Of a stretch of DNA of 64,000 nucleotides, positions 33,701-44,454 are shown piece by piece; the first letter of the stretch is position 1, and each line of letters begins with the position of its first letter. The DNA comes from Epithemia pelagica. Its lineage: Eukaryota; Protista; Bacillariophyta. The stretch covers positions 434,001 to 498,000 of the forward strand of contig OX337233.1 in assembly GCA_946965045.2 (NCBI GenBank). Reading direction: 5' to 3'. Made by a program: the position numbers and the translations under genes. The notes beneath the pieces are model-generated. The model worked only from the letters and a program-made list of their open reading frames with translations, was not told where the DNA came from and made no database searches.

Positions 33701-34847
33701 CGTTGATGACATCTTGCTTGTCAGCCACAAGCCTGAACCAGTGTTTGAGGAGATAGACCGCCATTACAAGATAAAGAAAGGGAGTATCGGACCACCGACC
33801 ACGTACCTGGGGGCGCAGGTGTACCAACACAACCTGCCCACAGGGGGAACGGCATGGGGTATGTCCAGCGAGAAGTACGTAAATAACGCGATCAAAGTGG
33901 TGGAGCAATTGTTGCTGGAAGACGGGGACGGAAAACATCTCAAAACAACTGCACGGGTACCAATCGAAACTTCGTACAAGCCCGAGCTTGATACTTCTGA
34001 GGAGCTGGATGATAAGATGAGAGCTCGGTACCAACAGCTGATTGGTGTGTTGAGATGGGCGGTCGAGATTGGCCGCGTGGATATCTACTTGGAAATTTCG
34101 ATCATGTCACAGTATCTAGCAAATCCGCGGAAGGGACATCTTGAAGCTGTGTATTGCGTGTTTTCATTCCTCAAATCTCACCCGAAGCTCAAGATGGTAT
34201 TCGACCCTGTCACAGTGAAGCTAGACGAGAGTTGTTTCGCGCAGACACCGATCGAAGAGTGGAAAGAGTTTTACGGGGACGTAGCGGAAGAAGTACCAGC
34301 AGACATGCCGACACCACTTGGGAATCCGGTGGAAATCACGTGCTTCGTGGACGCAGATCATGCTGGGAATGTCGTCACGCGTCGATCCCACACAGGCATA
34401 TTGGTGTTCTTGCAGAACGCTCCGATCCTTTGGTTCTCAAAACGCCAAAATACCGTGGAAACATCCAGTTTCGGGAGCGAATTCGTGGCGATGAGAATCG
34501 CCAAAGAGTTGATTGTTGGGATGCGGTATAAGTTGCGAATGTTCGGTGTTCCGGTTGTCGGTCCGGCCAATATTCTCTGTGACAATCGAGGCGTTGTCAA
34601 AAATACCAGCATACCTTCATCCATCCTGAGCAAGCGACACAACGCCATCAACTATCATTCGGTCCGTGAAGCGGCAGCCGCAGGAATCGTCAGAGTCGGC
34701 AAGGAAGACACGGAGACCAACATTGCTGACTTGTTTACCAAGATGCTTCCCCAGAGTCGAAGAAATAACTTGATCTCACAGTTCACATATTCATCGGCAT
34801 TTGGGGACCGGGGACCTCCCTCACAACCGCGGGGGACAACAAAGTGA
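30693..34847 (+). CDS. pol: Pol polyprotein (protease, integrase, chromo-like insert, RT, RNase H), in frame with gag
   Basis: EMDTMADTSCAG (PR); YTDTLF...TADLAGE...AEREIG (INT); KARLVAGGH, DIGNAYL, YVDDILL (RT); DADHAG...RRSHTG...SEF (RH); no internal stop. Confidence 0.95.
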   Translation, partial: RQASVVTCGARREVTTDKTVDCSIGNMGISTGNGNDVACNEMDTMADTSCAGVNWTLMETTGMECKVSDFMGQQVGGQYVPIATCATCIREKSTGVEYILIGHQMLWFGSALKKTLLNQNQIRYCGHVVRDDPTRKEDEGFGITADGLYIPFEIQGTTIYFESRAPTKHEIETLPAVTLTRQELWDPKSVDLSLHNRSPLDDAREEISLEIGAVSSACDPVAVGQRLDSLRSVGGLGSDRHSTVSPENLSKKWKIGLETARKTLRVTTQQGIRTAVTPITRRYRVDNLALHRNRLNSRFYTDTLFARTTSLSGHKCAQVFTDGQYTAVYPLASKAHVGQALARFIDEVGVPDGLTADLAGEQTGAATQFTKLSRFHRIDLKWAEKGTSKQNHRAEREIGLLKQRWHRRMVDCRVPRRLWDYGLVHESGVLSRVARGHDSRSGIERLTGETPDISEWIDFQFFDIVWYHDNTKADTSDEHRHLGFWLGIAHRIGSDLCYWILTKAGKVLARTTVQHVTEQEQAEPAITAKIQEFRLIVEQRLDDTNFVDWESKGPGFLEDVEEPVEDDTQVKGVIPTDEEYGKMIQEPKPEADDLGEEYDNYLGAQIQLDVGGETLLGTVVKRKKGLDGKPIGTRHKNPLFDSRAYDVSFPGGVIQEYTANVIAESLYSQLDDQGRQFAIMSEIIGHRKNGDAVGKDDGFIVSKNGNKVPRRTTKGWEIAIEWKDGSQSWIPLREAKDGYPIELAEYIVAQGLEQEPAFHWWVPRVMNHKRRIINKVVGKKKKQKKYWKLTHKYGVRLPHSVEEALQFDKETGTTFWRDAIAKELGVVKVAWEARDDLVLAEVRAGRQLIGYTEIKCHMVFDVKMDLTRKARLVAGGHMTDAPSSLTYSSVVSRDSIRIAFLIAALNDLDVLACDIGNAYLNAPCREKIWFLGGAEVGSEFQGKVCVMTRALYGLKSSGASWRATLVSTLYDMGYVDTKADPCVLRRERKRDNGEPYYELILVYVDDILLVSHKPEPVFEEIDRHYKIKKGSIGPPTTYLGAQVYQHNLPTGGTAWGMSSEKYVNNAIKVVEQLLLEDGDGKHLKTTARVPIETSYKPELDTSEELDDKMRARYQQLIGVLRWAVEIGRVDIYLEISIMSQYLANPRKGHLEAVYCVFSFLKSHPKLKMVFDPVTVKLDESCFAQTPIEEWKEFYGDVAEEVPADMPTPLGNPVEITCFVDADHAGNVVTRRSHTGILVFLQNAPILWFSKRQNTVETSSFGSEFVAMRIAKELIVGMRYKLRMFGVPVVGPANILCDNRGVVKNTSIPSSILSKRHNAINYHSVREAAAAGIVRVGKEDTETNIADLFTKMLPQSRRNNLISQFTYSSAFGDRGPPSQPRGTTK

Positions 34848-34870
34848 ATTCTCGGGGTGAGCTACACTTT

Positions 34871-34878
34871 GCGGGGAC
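34871..34878 (+). other. Short polypurine-tract candidate
   Basis: GCGGGGAC directly before the 3' LTR; shorter than usual. Confidence 0.4.
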
Positions 34879-35037
34879 TGTCTTATTCGGGTCGTGGGAA
34901 CAAAACCCGGATATGGGAAATCTTTGGGGGTTTTACCGTTTACATGGTTACTATTTTGGGGATCCTTACATTAGTGGTTTAGCCCTATAATATCTTTTAA
35001 TTTGCACGTTGAATAAGGTATCGACTGGAACAAGACA
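34879..35037 (+). repeat. 3' LTR (159 bp)
   Basis: Identical by eye to 28588-28746. Confidence 0.97.
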
Positions 35038-35469
35038 TCTTCACACTCCTTCTAGCTAGTAGAGGAGTAGGAGTACCATAGCTAGCCTGCGACGAACCGC
35101 ATCCTCTCGTCGTCGTGACGCCGGCGCGCTCGCAGGAAACATAGTCAGTCGCGTTCCCAAGGAAAACTACCCCGGCGCCAATCGGACACATAGTCTATGA
35201 TTTCCTCGCCCCAACGACCAGTTTCGCGGTCTAGATATCAAGTAGGAGTAGTACTGCGTTGAGACAATGTCATGGCAAACTTTCCGTGGAACGGTCATAC
35301 TTTCCACCATCACCCGAGAGAGAGAGCTCCAACATTGAATACACTATAGTTCGTTTGTTTGGATCTTGCGGTTCCTCTTGAGAGTGGGTGGGTGTTTGGA
35401 GAGAGGCAAGCAACCTTGCGGAACGTGTCGGTATTCCCGCTCTAGTCCATTCTCCGATTCATTCGCAGC

Positions 35470-36855
35470 ATGACCACCACCACCAATAGAAGGATGTTTG
35501 CCATTGAAACGGTCGATACGACGGATCATGCTTCCGTCATTTCCAAATTGACCATGCTCGAAGGCGGCGATGACGATGACGACGACGATGACACGACTGT
35601 GGATGTGTATTATCCACCACGACAACGACACCAAAACGTGATTCAACGATACCAAGCAGCAGCACAACAACCTTTGCCAAAAGGACATGCGGAGGAGGCG
35701 TCCCCACAAGGCCTGTTACAAGCAAAAGAAGACGAAGATCAATCGGAAGAATCCGAGCAAGAATCAGAAGAGTCAGAAGAATTACAAGAATCCCAAGAGG
35801 ACGACAACCATCAAAAGAAGGAGAAGCAGCCAGACCAAGAGCCACGCCAGACTACCACCCTGCGTACCATTCCACGCCGAGGATTGGTTCCAGAGGTGAA
35901 GGAAAAGGATGCCGGGACGGTGAAAACCACGGATTCCTCGCGTTCCTCCAATGATGATAATGACGACGAGGATCATGACGATCAGGAGACCTTTGCCTCC
36001 TTGTTGCCCACCTCCTTGCGTCCTGGACATGGGGCGACTCGTACGGCCACTGCTAGTACGACAAGTGGCACCCACAACAACAACAACAACAAGAACAAGA
36101 AATCCTTGTTGGAGCTCCAAGACGTACAAGACTTGAGCTCCGTCTTGTCCGACTTGATTGGCTATCCCGATTGGATGGACTATTGGTCCGAAGTGTTTTC
36201 GTCTCCTTCATCTTCCTCGAACCACTGGATGACGTACCAACGCAAGTCCCAACGATTGCTTCTCGCGGCACCGCCACCGCCACCATCAGAACCACCACAA
36301 GAACAAGACAAAACGGACCAGAGCCGCCGCAGCAACATCCGCAACAGCCACCCACTACAAATCCAGCGCAGCACGACACCCAACAAGAAGAACACTACCA
36401 TTCAGAACAACAAACATCACCACAACAAGACCAAAGACATTCTCAAGCAGCAGCCATCTCCACAAGAAGAACAGGTCCAACCCGCCAAAGAATCTCGACA
36501 GAGCCATCCGAATGACAAGAGCAAAAACACAAAGAACGGCGACACAAAACCCAGGGCACGACGAAGCAAACAACGGTCCATTTCTACTGCTGCGGCTGGC
36601 AAGAAGCGCCACGCATAGCAAACCACCACCACCGCAAATAAGGCGGCATTGGAATTTGACGACTTTTTTGGACAAGTCGAGGATCCCATTGAACGGTTGA
36701 CACCCTTGTTCTATCAAAAACGCGTCGAATCGCGTCTGGTCGATTCCCAACTCTGTCCCCAAGCCCAAGACCAGATTCTCCATGCCCTCCGACGCTACCA
36801 TCGCAGTCGCAGTCGCAGTCGCAGTCGCAGTCGACGACGAGGATTGTTTGGGTAA
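35470..36855 (+). CDS. Array gene A11: 382-aa ORF plus an in-frame 78-codon tail beyond TAG 36616
   Basis: LSSVLSDLIGYPDWMDYWSEVF motif; after KKRHA* the frame continues QTTTTANKAALEFDDFFGQVED...RSRSRSRSRSRRRGLFG*. Confidence 0.7.
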
Positions 36856-37379
36856 CGACAAACGATCCAACAACAGGACACGACAAGATACAAGCAAACA
36901 AGTAAACATGTCATGAAGATGAGAAGAATGGCATATGGAGAGTACTTTTGTGGAGGAAGAGGAGGAACGGGTTCAGGACCAGAGCGTCCTTGTTGTTGTG
37001 GAACCTTCTCAAACTACCGTAGCTAGAGTTCGAGTCATTGGAATAGTTTACCACCGTGAAACACTCTCTCTAGGTAGCTAGCTAATAGGTAGGTACACAT
37101 CATGTCTTCTTGTTTGGATGACAATCCTCAAAGTTGTGCGACCATGGTGGGTTTCAATCGCATAGTCTCTAGGAACTATCATATATTATAGTATGCGGAA
37201 TATTTGGGGTCCAACTGTCGTATCTGTAATAGAGATAAGGAGAAGGAGGTGCGCCATGGGACGAACACTGCAGTCCTTCGCATGTGTCGCAATCGCACAT
37301 GGATTATACCCTCTCATCAGTTGTGGTATTTTTTGATAAGCAACGTACCATCTTTTTTGTTTTGTTCCATCCGTGATGG

Positions 37380-38184
37380 GTGTGTGTTCGACGAGAAGAA
37401 GAGTGTGTGAGAGTCCGTTGCTCACAAATTTCGAATTCTGTTCACTCAGTCTCTCCCGAACCTCTCTCTTTCGATACCAAACAAGAGAACCGAGTTGGAA
37501 GTGTACTTCACCACAACACCAACATCGTTGAGAGTCAAGAAAGGACACAAGACATTCTCACGAGAGAAGTCGTCTCCCTGCAATGCTCCCAAGACGACGA
37601 CACGACTCCCAAACCCAAGAATCATGATTACCAGTTGTGTCCATCGCCGAGGAACTCACAAGAAACGAACCTGGTTGCCTCCTGGAATACGACGACGTTT
37701 CCGATTTGGAACCACCAAGGATACCAACGACAATAATGACAATAACAAGAACAACACCATGAGTCAATATGATTCGTCTCCTTCTTGTCTCGATTGGGGA
37801 CAACAACACCAACAATCACTACCGCATCGACGCATTCCGTCTCGATTGCGACAACGACATTCCTCGTCCTCGAGAAAAAAGGGAAACGATGGCGATTCGG
37901 CCAATGCCGTGCAAACCATTCTCACATGGGGCAATGGGACCTACGACGGAACGGCCTTGGATGGCGATGATGCCTTTACCAGAATTGCCCATCCCGCGAC
38001 GGGATTGGATGCCCTCATGGCCTGTTGGGTCAATGGTATGTTTGGTCACGGCGGCGGTGGTGGTGGCAGTGACACGGATTATGAAGACAATGAAGATGAT
38101 GATGATACTCTCAAGGATGGCGATTCAGCCATTTCCGCCTTTTTTCGAAGCGACGAAACACGAACCGAATTACCAGCTGCCTAA
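37380..38184 (+). CDS. Array gene A12: short member, probably frameshifted near 37690; motif-bearing core from ATG 37759
   Basis: DDAFTRIAHPATGLDALMACWVNGMFG...DGDSAISAFF in ORF 37495-38184; array-like composition also in the overlapping ORF 37380-37736. Confidence 0.55.
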
Positions 38185-38978
38185 TGGTAGTATCATTCCG
38201 TCCAGTATGGTGATACACAGACACACATACACACACGAACGAACCAAACTGCAAGGCACTGCCAGATGGACATTGGGAGAGCATTCAATGTGCCGAATCC
38301 AATCCAGGATCCCTCCCTTATATAGTATATTTCTAGTACGGATTCAAATCTCATAATCTAAGCGACAGCAACAACAAGGGGGTATCAGGAGGACAACGTG
38401 GTTGGATTCCAACAGTACTTGTATTAGTAGGGACCTCTTGTTGCATGTGTCGGAGTTTATTCTGGCGAGAGCTGTGAATGATATCTCCAGGATAGGCGCT
38501 CCACAGTCAGTGCTAGCTTGGGTAGCACCCAAAGAGTACACATGTCCGATGGCCGGAAGAACACGCTCGGACCGTTTGGACCATGGTGCTCCTCCCACAA
38601 ATTTGGTCTTGGTGGGTTACAATTTGATTTTATACTATTGTACAGTTGGCGCACCGGAACGTTCTTTCTTTGATGTTGGTGTATCGTGTCGCGCCGGACG
38701 AGCCACACACCAGAACCAACGGGTGCGCACTGCACACGACGAGAACAGCTTTTCGGGACGCCGAATGCAGAGTTATGTGTATGCGTCTTGGCGCAACCAA
38801 ACCGTTGAGTGAAAAAGGCGCGGCACCCGTCCAGCCAGAACAAAAGGACGGTGGAGCAGCACACACACATGGAGATTTATCATCATAGGAGTGAACAGTG
38901 GTTGTTTGCTGTCTTTACATAAATTTCATTTGTTTCTCGGTGTCACTCTAGAAGAGAGACTAACCCCTTCTCGTTGTC

Positions 38979-40451
38979 ATGGTGGTCTCCTCTCTCAAAA
39001 AGAAGACTGCAACCAGCAACAACAACAACAATACCAATCGCCAGACTGCCAAGGTCAAGAAACGAGTGCGCATTCAGGTATCATCGGATCAATACGATGA
39101 AAGAAACAAGAAGGACGACGAATACCAAGAAGCGAGGGAACCCACTAATACTTTTACAAATGATCCATTTTCTTCGTCGGAGGATCCTTCCTGGCTGGAT
39201 TACTTTTCTTCCTGGAATTTAGATGCCGTTCTACCGAGGCACGATGAACAACAAGAACATCATCAACCCAATAGAGAAGAAGAACAACGACAAGACCAAG
39301 TCGATGGAACCAACAACAACGACAATGATATACACCAAAGAACAAGAAGAATCCAAGACGATAATGACCAATCCATTCGGGAGCCCATGTCTCTGCCCAG
39401 CTGTCGTCGTCGTCGTCGGAATTCCTTGACGCCTCACTCGACCCCTACTTCTACTACTACGACGACGACTTCTACTACCTCCAATCTTCGGTCCGATATT
39501 CGAAACCCCTTGAAATGCCTCTTGTGCTTTTCGGCCAAACCACCACCACCACAAGACGACAATGACAATGAACCACAACAACCACAATCTCGACCACGAC
39601 GCGTACCCATTTCCAAATCAAACAACAGCAAGAATCAATTGTCTCGCTTGCCATGGCAGGGAGCAGCCGCCGCCAACAAGAACAACAACCACAAGCACAC
39701 GGCCGAGTCGACGACCAGTCTGTTTCGGCGTCGTCCCAGTCTCTCGGACCATTCCATCCCAAACAACAACAAGACCATCAAGACCCAAACCCGCCAGGCG
39801 TCGAGTACCAGTAACAGTACTACCACGTGTAGTAGCAGCAGTACGAGTAGCAGCGGTGTGCGATACACGGATCATGCCACAACCACGACCACAACGACAC
39901 GGCAGGAAGATGATACGCTGTCCTGTTCCTTGGATGATACGGACGATTGGTCCGATGCCTCCCTGACATGGATGCCCTTGTTTGCCAATGACGACGAGGC
40001 CGCCTCGGCGACATCCTTTTCCTTGACCGCGTCTCCGACCTATTATCGGGAACAATATGACTTGTGTTTGCCCCTGGGCTATCGTCGAACCTTGCAACGA
40101 CAACGACAACGGGCAACGACGGACGAAGATGCCACGACTCGAGTCACGACGGATTTTTATAGCAAGCATTGTCTCCTGGTCCATGGTGGTATGGACGACG
40201 ACGAATATGACGATGACTATGACGAATACAATCACGACAATGACAAGGATGAACGAGGTCCCGGCTATTTGTCCTCCATTCTCAGTGACATGATGAGACT
40301 CGACTCGTTGTCCTCCTCTTCGACAAAACGCACGACTCCGGCAACGGCAAGGACCAACATGCAACCACGCCGCAACAGTCTCTTGGCTACTACTACGGAC
40401 CAACGAGATGCCCCATCCAAGGATCCCTCCACACCCTGGGTGACTCTGTAA
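38979..40451 (+). CDS. Array gene A13: disordered protein, 490 aa
   Basis: gtcATG; patches SWLDYFSSW, DDWSDASLTW and GYLSSILSDMM. Confidence 0.78.
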   Translation: MVVSSLKKKTATSNNNNNTNRQTAKVKKRVRIQVSSDQYDERNKKDDEYQEAREPTNTFTNDPFSSSEDPSWLDYFSSWNLDAVLPRHDEQQEHHQPNREEEQRQDQVDGTNNNDNDIHQRTRRIQDDNDQSIREPMSLPSCRRRRRNSLTPHSTPTSTTTTTTSTTSNLRSDIRNPLKCLLCFSAKPPPPQDDNDNEPQQPQSRPRRVPISKSNNSKNQLSRLPWQGAAAANKNNNHKHTAESTTSLFRRRPSLSDHSIPNNNKTIKTQTRQASSTSNSTTTCSSSSTSSSGVRYTDHATTTTTTTRQEDDTLSCSLDDTDDWSDASLTWMPLFANDDEAASATSFSLTASPTYYREQYDLCLPLGYRRTLQRQRQRATTDEDATTRVTTDFYSKHCLLVHGGMDDDEYDDDYDEYNHDNDKDERGPGYLSSILSDMMRLDSLSSSSTKRTTPATARTNMQPRRNSLLATTTDQRDAPSKDPSTPWVTL

Positions 40452-41757
40452 CAACAACAACACAACGGCACAGACAGAGTGTTCTTGTTATGGTTGTTGT
40501 GGAATGCCGAAAGAAGTACAGAGACACAAACATTACGACTACCTACAAGAGATGCCAAGCCATTCGATTCGGAGGCGTTGAACTCCCACGAATGAGTGTG
40601 TGTGTTTGGTTTCGAGCACAAGCAACGGTTTGCGTTCCCGGCTGTTATCTCCTCCTCCCTTTTTTGTGTATATGCTCCCAAATTGTCCAGTAGAGTCGAC
40701 TATTCATAATCTATAAGAAGAATCCTCACGTACGGTCGTATGGCATGATGATAGGTTTAGATCATGGTCGTGTTGGTAGGTGAGTCTACCTAAAAGTACC
40801 GGAGCACATTCATCGTCCGTGGCGGAGATCGAGAGAGTCTGTTGTTCTCTATACTTCCATTACGCACAGTGCTCGAGAGTCGGCATCCTCCAATCCTTGG
40901 AACGAGCACTCCAACTCTATAGCTAGGTAAGGTAGGTGACGGTGCGCCAACCACAAACAAAGGCGCGCACCTCTCGTTCGTGTGTCGAACCGAAAGTGCC
41001 GTTCCCTTTGTCTTCGTTTGCGAATCCGTTTTGGGCATGGATCTCCCATTCTCGTTCCTTTGCTTCTCTAGCCAGAGTATGGGAATTATTCTACTCCTAG
41101 CTAGTTACGAGTAGATAGAGGGTGCCGGCGTGGCTAGTGGGGCTGGTTCCCGGGAGTGGGGGAACATTCCACAAACCTTGCAACCGCTGCAAGTCTCTCG
41201 TGTCTCGTGAGTGTGTACGCGCCAGCCGATCTTCTCGACACTCCCACAATTTCGTGAGTACAAACACTGACCAGAAAGAGGTGCACCATACAACATGGAA
41301 ATTGTGGGCCTGGCGCACTCCATTCGATATCCAGTGAGAGGAGGACCACGGTGCACCTGTTGTGTATCGTATATCCAGTGGAACGTGGAGGATGCGCAGC
41401 GCAAAGTTACTTATCGAGAGGGTGCTCCTTGGGGCCAACTGGCGCTCGTGCCAGATGGAGAACAGACAACAAGTCAAAGAGAGGCTGGTTATGAGAGAAT
41501 ACTGAGAGAATATTTCTCTCTATTCAACGTACCGGTCCACCAAGGTAAGCGTTTTGGGTTTTTTCAAAAAACGATTGGTGGAGGACCTCTCTCTCTCCAT
41601 AATTCCTTAGTGAGCTCCAGTCATAGTTTGATTTGCGTGGTGCTCCATCCGCGCAAGTTTGCCTTTTGGTTTTTTTGGCTTTTTACGAGGCTGCTGCTGC
41701 TACCGTGTGGTTGGCACATTCCCAAACCTTCCAACCAAACAACTACGAAGCAACACC

Positions 41758-43890
41758 ATGATGCTCTTGCGTGAGAATTCCCGATTGGCGGCTACTACGG
41801 CGGCAGTCTCTCGAAGCTTGGTCCGAACGACGAGTCAAGAAGATGGCCTTCTCAGTGATGGCGGTGTCAAACAAGTACCCCAAAAGAAAAAGAAAGATAA
41901 AAAGCATACCAAGAAACAACGACGAGGGATTCGAAACCACCAAGAACCACAAGACACCGACGTGACGGAACTCATTCCCCCCGCACTCAAGTTGCGTCGT
42001 CAACAAAAGCAACAACAACAACAACAACAACAACAAGATGCCATCCAGGCCAAGAATCACGCCACAAAGAAGAAGAAGCGCAAGCAACGTCGTCGTCTGG
42101 GTGGCAAACGACGAGATCCCCCCGCCCAAGGTTCCAAAAACTTTTTGCAAGTCCAACAAGAACAATTGGCCCATTTGGAACGTCAACAACAAGAACAAGC
42201 ACAAGAACAACAACAACAAGACGCCACCCACAAGAAGGAGGCGGAAGGACGATCGGGCTTTTCGATTCAAAACTTTCTCCCTTCGTGGCCGCAGCAGCAA
42301 CCAAAACAACAAGAACCACAACAACAACAAGTACAACAACAACCACAAGCACCACACCAATCCCAGTCCCAATGGTCCGTGGACCGCTGGATGTCCTCCA
42401 TGAATACCGTCTTGACCAAGGCGGCACACAATGTCAGTCACGATACGACACACTTGATGCAGTTGTGGTCCAAACCGAAAAACGAGGACGACGATGATGA
42501 TGAAGAAGAAGACGAGGAGGAGAACGACGAGTTCCATCGCACCTTGCACAAGGCCCCCATTCGAGAAATTGTCATTGGAAGCACCAACGCAGGCGCCCCT
42601 CACACCTCCAAGAGTAACAGTGGGTGGAGATCGAAACGGCTTGGAATGTCCCGGGTCCGGTCTTTTTCACCCTCTCGCCGCTTGAGTCCCATGCGATTGC
42701 GACAATTGTTTCGTCCCTCCTCCAATTCTCCCAAGATGGTCAAGTACCATGCCAACGATCGACCGTCGAATTATCGTGACCGCAGTCCTCGACGTTCCTT
42801 GTCTCGACCACAGCACCAACGACTTCGATCCGTCAGTCCTCCACCTGCCAGACATGGTGGTGGTCGTGGCCGACTTCGATCCGCCAGTCCTCCGCCGGCC
42901 AAACATGGACGTGGTCGACTTCGATCCACCAGTCCACCGCCTGCTCCGCCTCGACGATCGGCCAGTCCCATGCCGGCCAGCCACCACGAACCATCATCGT
43001 TGATGGTGGATACGGAATCCTATGGAGGACATCCCACTACGATTCAGTTTCGACAATGTCGTACCACACCCAATCCCACCACGACTACTACGAGTGCAAA
43101 TGCGGCCGAGAACGACGACCCCCACCACCAAGACGACCAAGCAGAGGCTCCGCCCTTTTACGAATTGAGCCTTCCCTCCTTTTTGGTCTTGCCAACCTCC
43201 CGTGCCAGTCTCATTGAAGGATTGCCCTTTGGGAGTGGCGGTGACAAAAAGAAGGAAGATGAAAACGACAATGACGACGACGGCAACAACCATGGAGACG
43301 AGAAAGAGGAGGACAAGGAAGAGTATGGACGCTTCCATGACGATTACTATCCGGGCTACCACGAAGAAGATGAAGTAGAAATATCCCGATATTCGCCACC
43401 GGGGGACATTTATCCTCGCTACAACAACAAGACTCGTGACCCCACCGTGTCATCGGTGGTGAGCTCCTTGAGTGGCAATTCGGCCGACTACGAATTTTCG
43501 GACGACGAGGAAGAAGAAGATACCAGTGAAACGACATCATCATCATCTTCGTCATCGGATTCCGATTCGTCGGCCACCTCATGTTCGTCCAATTCGACAC
43601 CTCCACCGCCCTTGGATGCCCCCGTCCTCATGACACCGCCCCCTTTACCGGAGGACATGATGAATGCCATGGATCCAGTGACGGGAGATGAGGCACATGC
43701 CAAAACAACCGTGTCGTCGTCGTCGAATCATTGGGATTCCCTCATGGATTGGATGGGTTCCATGTTTAAAAGTGGTGGTAACAAAGCAAACGACTTGACG
43801 ACAACTCTTTCCGAGACATTGTCGTCGTCAGCGAATGACAAGGACAACGACGACGACGACAACAACAACAACAAGACAGAGGATGCCTAG
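41758..43890 (+). CDS. Array gene A14: Q-rich/SP-rich disordered protein, ~710 aa
   Basis: accATG at 41758; poly-Q, RLRSxSPPP repeats and C-terminal HWDSLMDWMGSMF. Confidence 0.78.
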   Translation: MMLLRENSRLAATTAAVSRSLVRTTSQEDGLLSDGGVKQVPQKKKKDKKHTKKQRRGIRNHQEPQDTDVTELIPPALKLRRQQKQQQQQQQQQDAIQAKNHATKKKKRKQRRRLGGKRRDPPAQGSKNFLQVQQEQLAHLERQQQEQAQEQQQQDATHKKEAEGRSGFSIQNFLPSWPQQQPKQQEPQQQQVQQQPQAPHQSQSQWSVDRWMSSMNTVLTKAAHNVSHDTTHLMQLWSKPKNEDDDDDEEEDEEENDEFHRTLHKAPIREIVIGSTNAGAPHTSKSNSGWRSKRLGMSRVRSFSPSRRLSPMRLRQLFRPSSNSPKMVKYHANDRPSNYRDRSPRRSLSRPQHQRLRSVSPPPARHGGGRGRLRSASPPPAKHGRGRLRSTSPPPAPPRRSASPMPASHHEPSSLMVDTESYGGHPTTIQFRQCRTTPNPTTTTTSANAAENDDPHHQDDQAEAPPFYELSLPSFLVLPTSRASLIEGLPFGSGGDKKKEDENDNDDDGNNHGDEKEEDKEEYGRFHDDYYPGYHEEDEVEISRYSPPGDIYPRYNNKTRDPTVSSVVSSLSGNSADYEFSDDEEEEDTSETTSSSSSSSDSDSSATSCSSNSTPPPPLDAPVLMTPPPLPEDMMNAMDPVTGDEAHAKTTVSSSSNHWDSLMDWMGSMFKSGGNKANDLTTTLSETLSSSANDKDNDDDDNNNNKTEDA
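42820..42945 (+). repeat. Three coding repeats RLRS(V/A/T)SPPPA
   Basis: cgacttcgatcc units at 42820, 42871 and 42916. Confidence 0.85.
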
Positions 43891-44264
43891 GGAGGGGCTC
43901 TGCTGTGGTCAGAGAGCTCCGTACACAAGTTTGTGCTGGTGGTGGTGGTGCTTGGATCATTTCTAGATACCGTCCAGATGTACAGGAAGCAAAACGAAAA
44001 AGACACTCCTCAATAATATACATCATGATCCACAACCTCCCTGCTTGAGTTGGTCCTTTGTACCACCCTGAAATTTTTCGGCAGCAGAACCACAGGGAGA
44101 CTGGTTTGGCCTACTTCGTGGGGAATCGATTGGCATTTTGGTTTCATCTCCATCTCTCGGAACAAACAAACAAAAAGAAGTCTTTCGGATATGGATGGGG
44201 GGTTCCAATCATTCTCATTATACTTTGTTACATAATTGTTAGACATGAATTGTTGCTCGTCGTG

Positions 44265-44349
44265 CCAACAAAGGGAATCTACCTAAAGGGAATCTACCTC
44301 TAGGTAGGTAACTTAGTCCACTACCCAATCGCAGTCGGTCGCAGAACAT
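44265..44349 (+). repeat. Left copy of an ~85-bp imperfect direct repeat
   Basis: CCAACAAAGGGAATCTACCT...GTCCACT...CCAATCGCAGTCGGTCGCAGAACAT shared with 48356-48440; contains a 15-nt tandem duplication (44270-44299). Confidence 0.85.
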
Positions 44350-44454
44350 ACTCGACCGACTGCCCGGGCGCCATTTCGACGCGCGGGAACAGCCCTCCGG
44401 TGACAGAGGACCGTCTTTCCGGGCCCTGGAAATGTGGCCTCCCAACCCAACGTA

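Larger units (their letters stand above)
28588..35037 (+). mobile_element. Full-length Ty1/copia LTR retrotransposon, diatom CoDi-like, recently inserted (6450 bp)
   Basis: TG...CA LTRs of 159 bp, identical by eye; TCTT on both flanks (28584-28587, 35038-35041); PR-INT-RT-RH order; gag lacks a CCHC knuckle and has an RGG tract. Confidence 0.97.
4704..40949. promoter_or_regulatory. Dispersed GGTGCGCCA/TGGCGCACC element in intergenic DNA upstream of array genes
   Basis: Exact 9-mers at 4704, 4729, 4807, 4832, 7065, 8556, 12375, 12482, 37248, 38647 and 40941; variants at 14553, 16238, 24773, 41311 and 53486; one exact copy seen in a CDS (13221). Confidence 0.6.
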
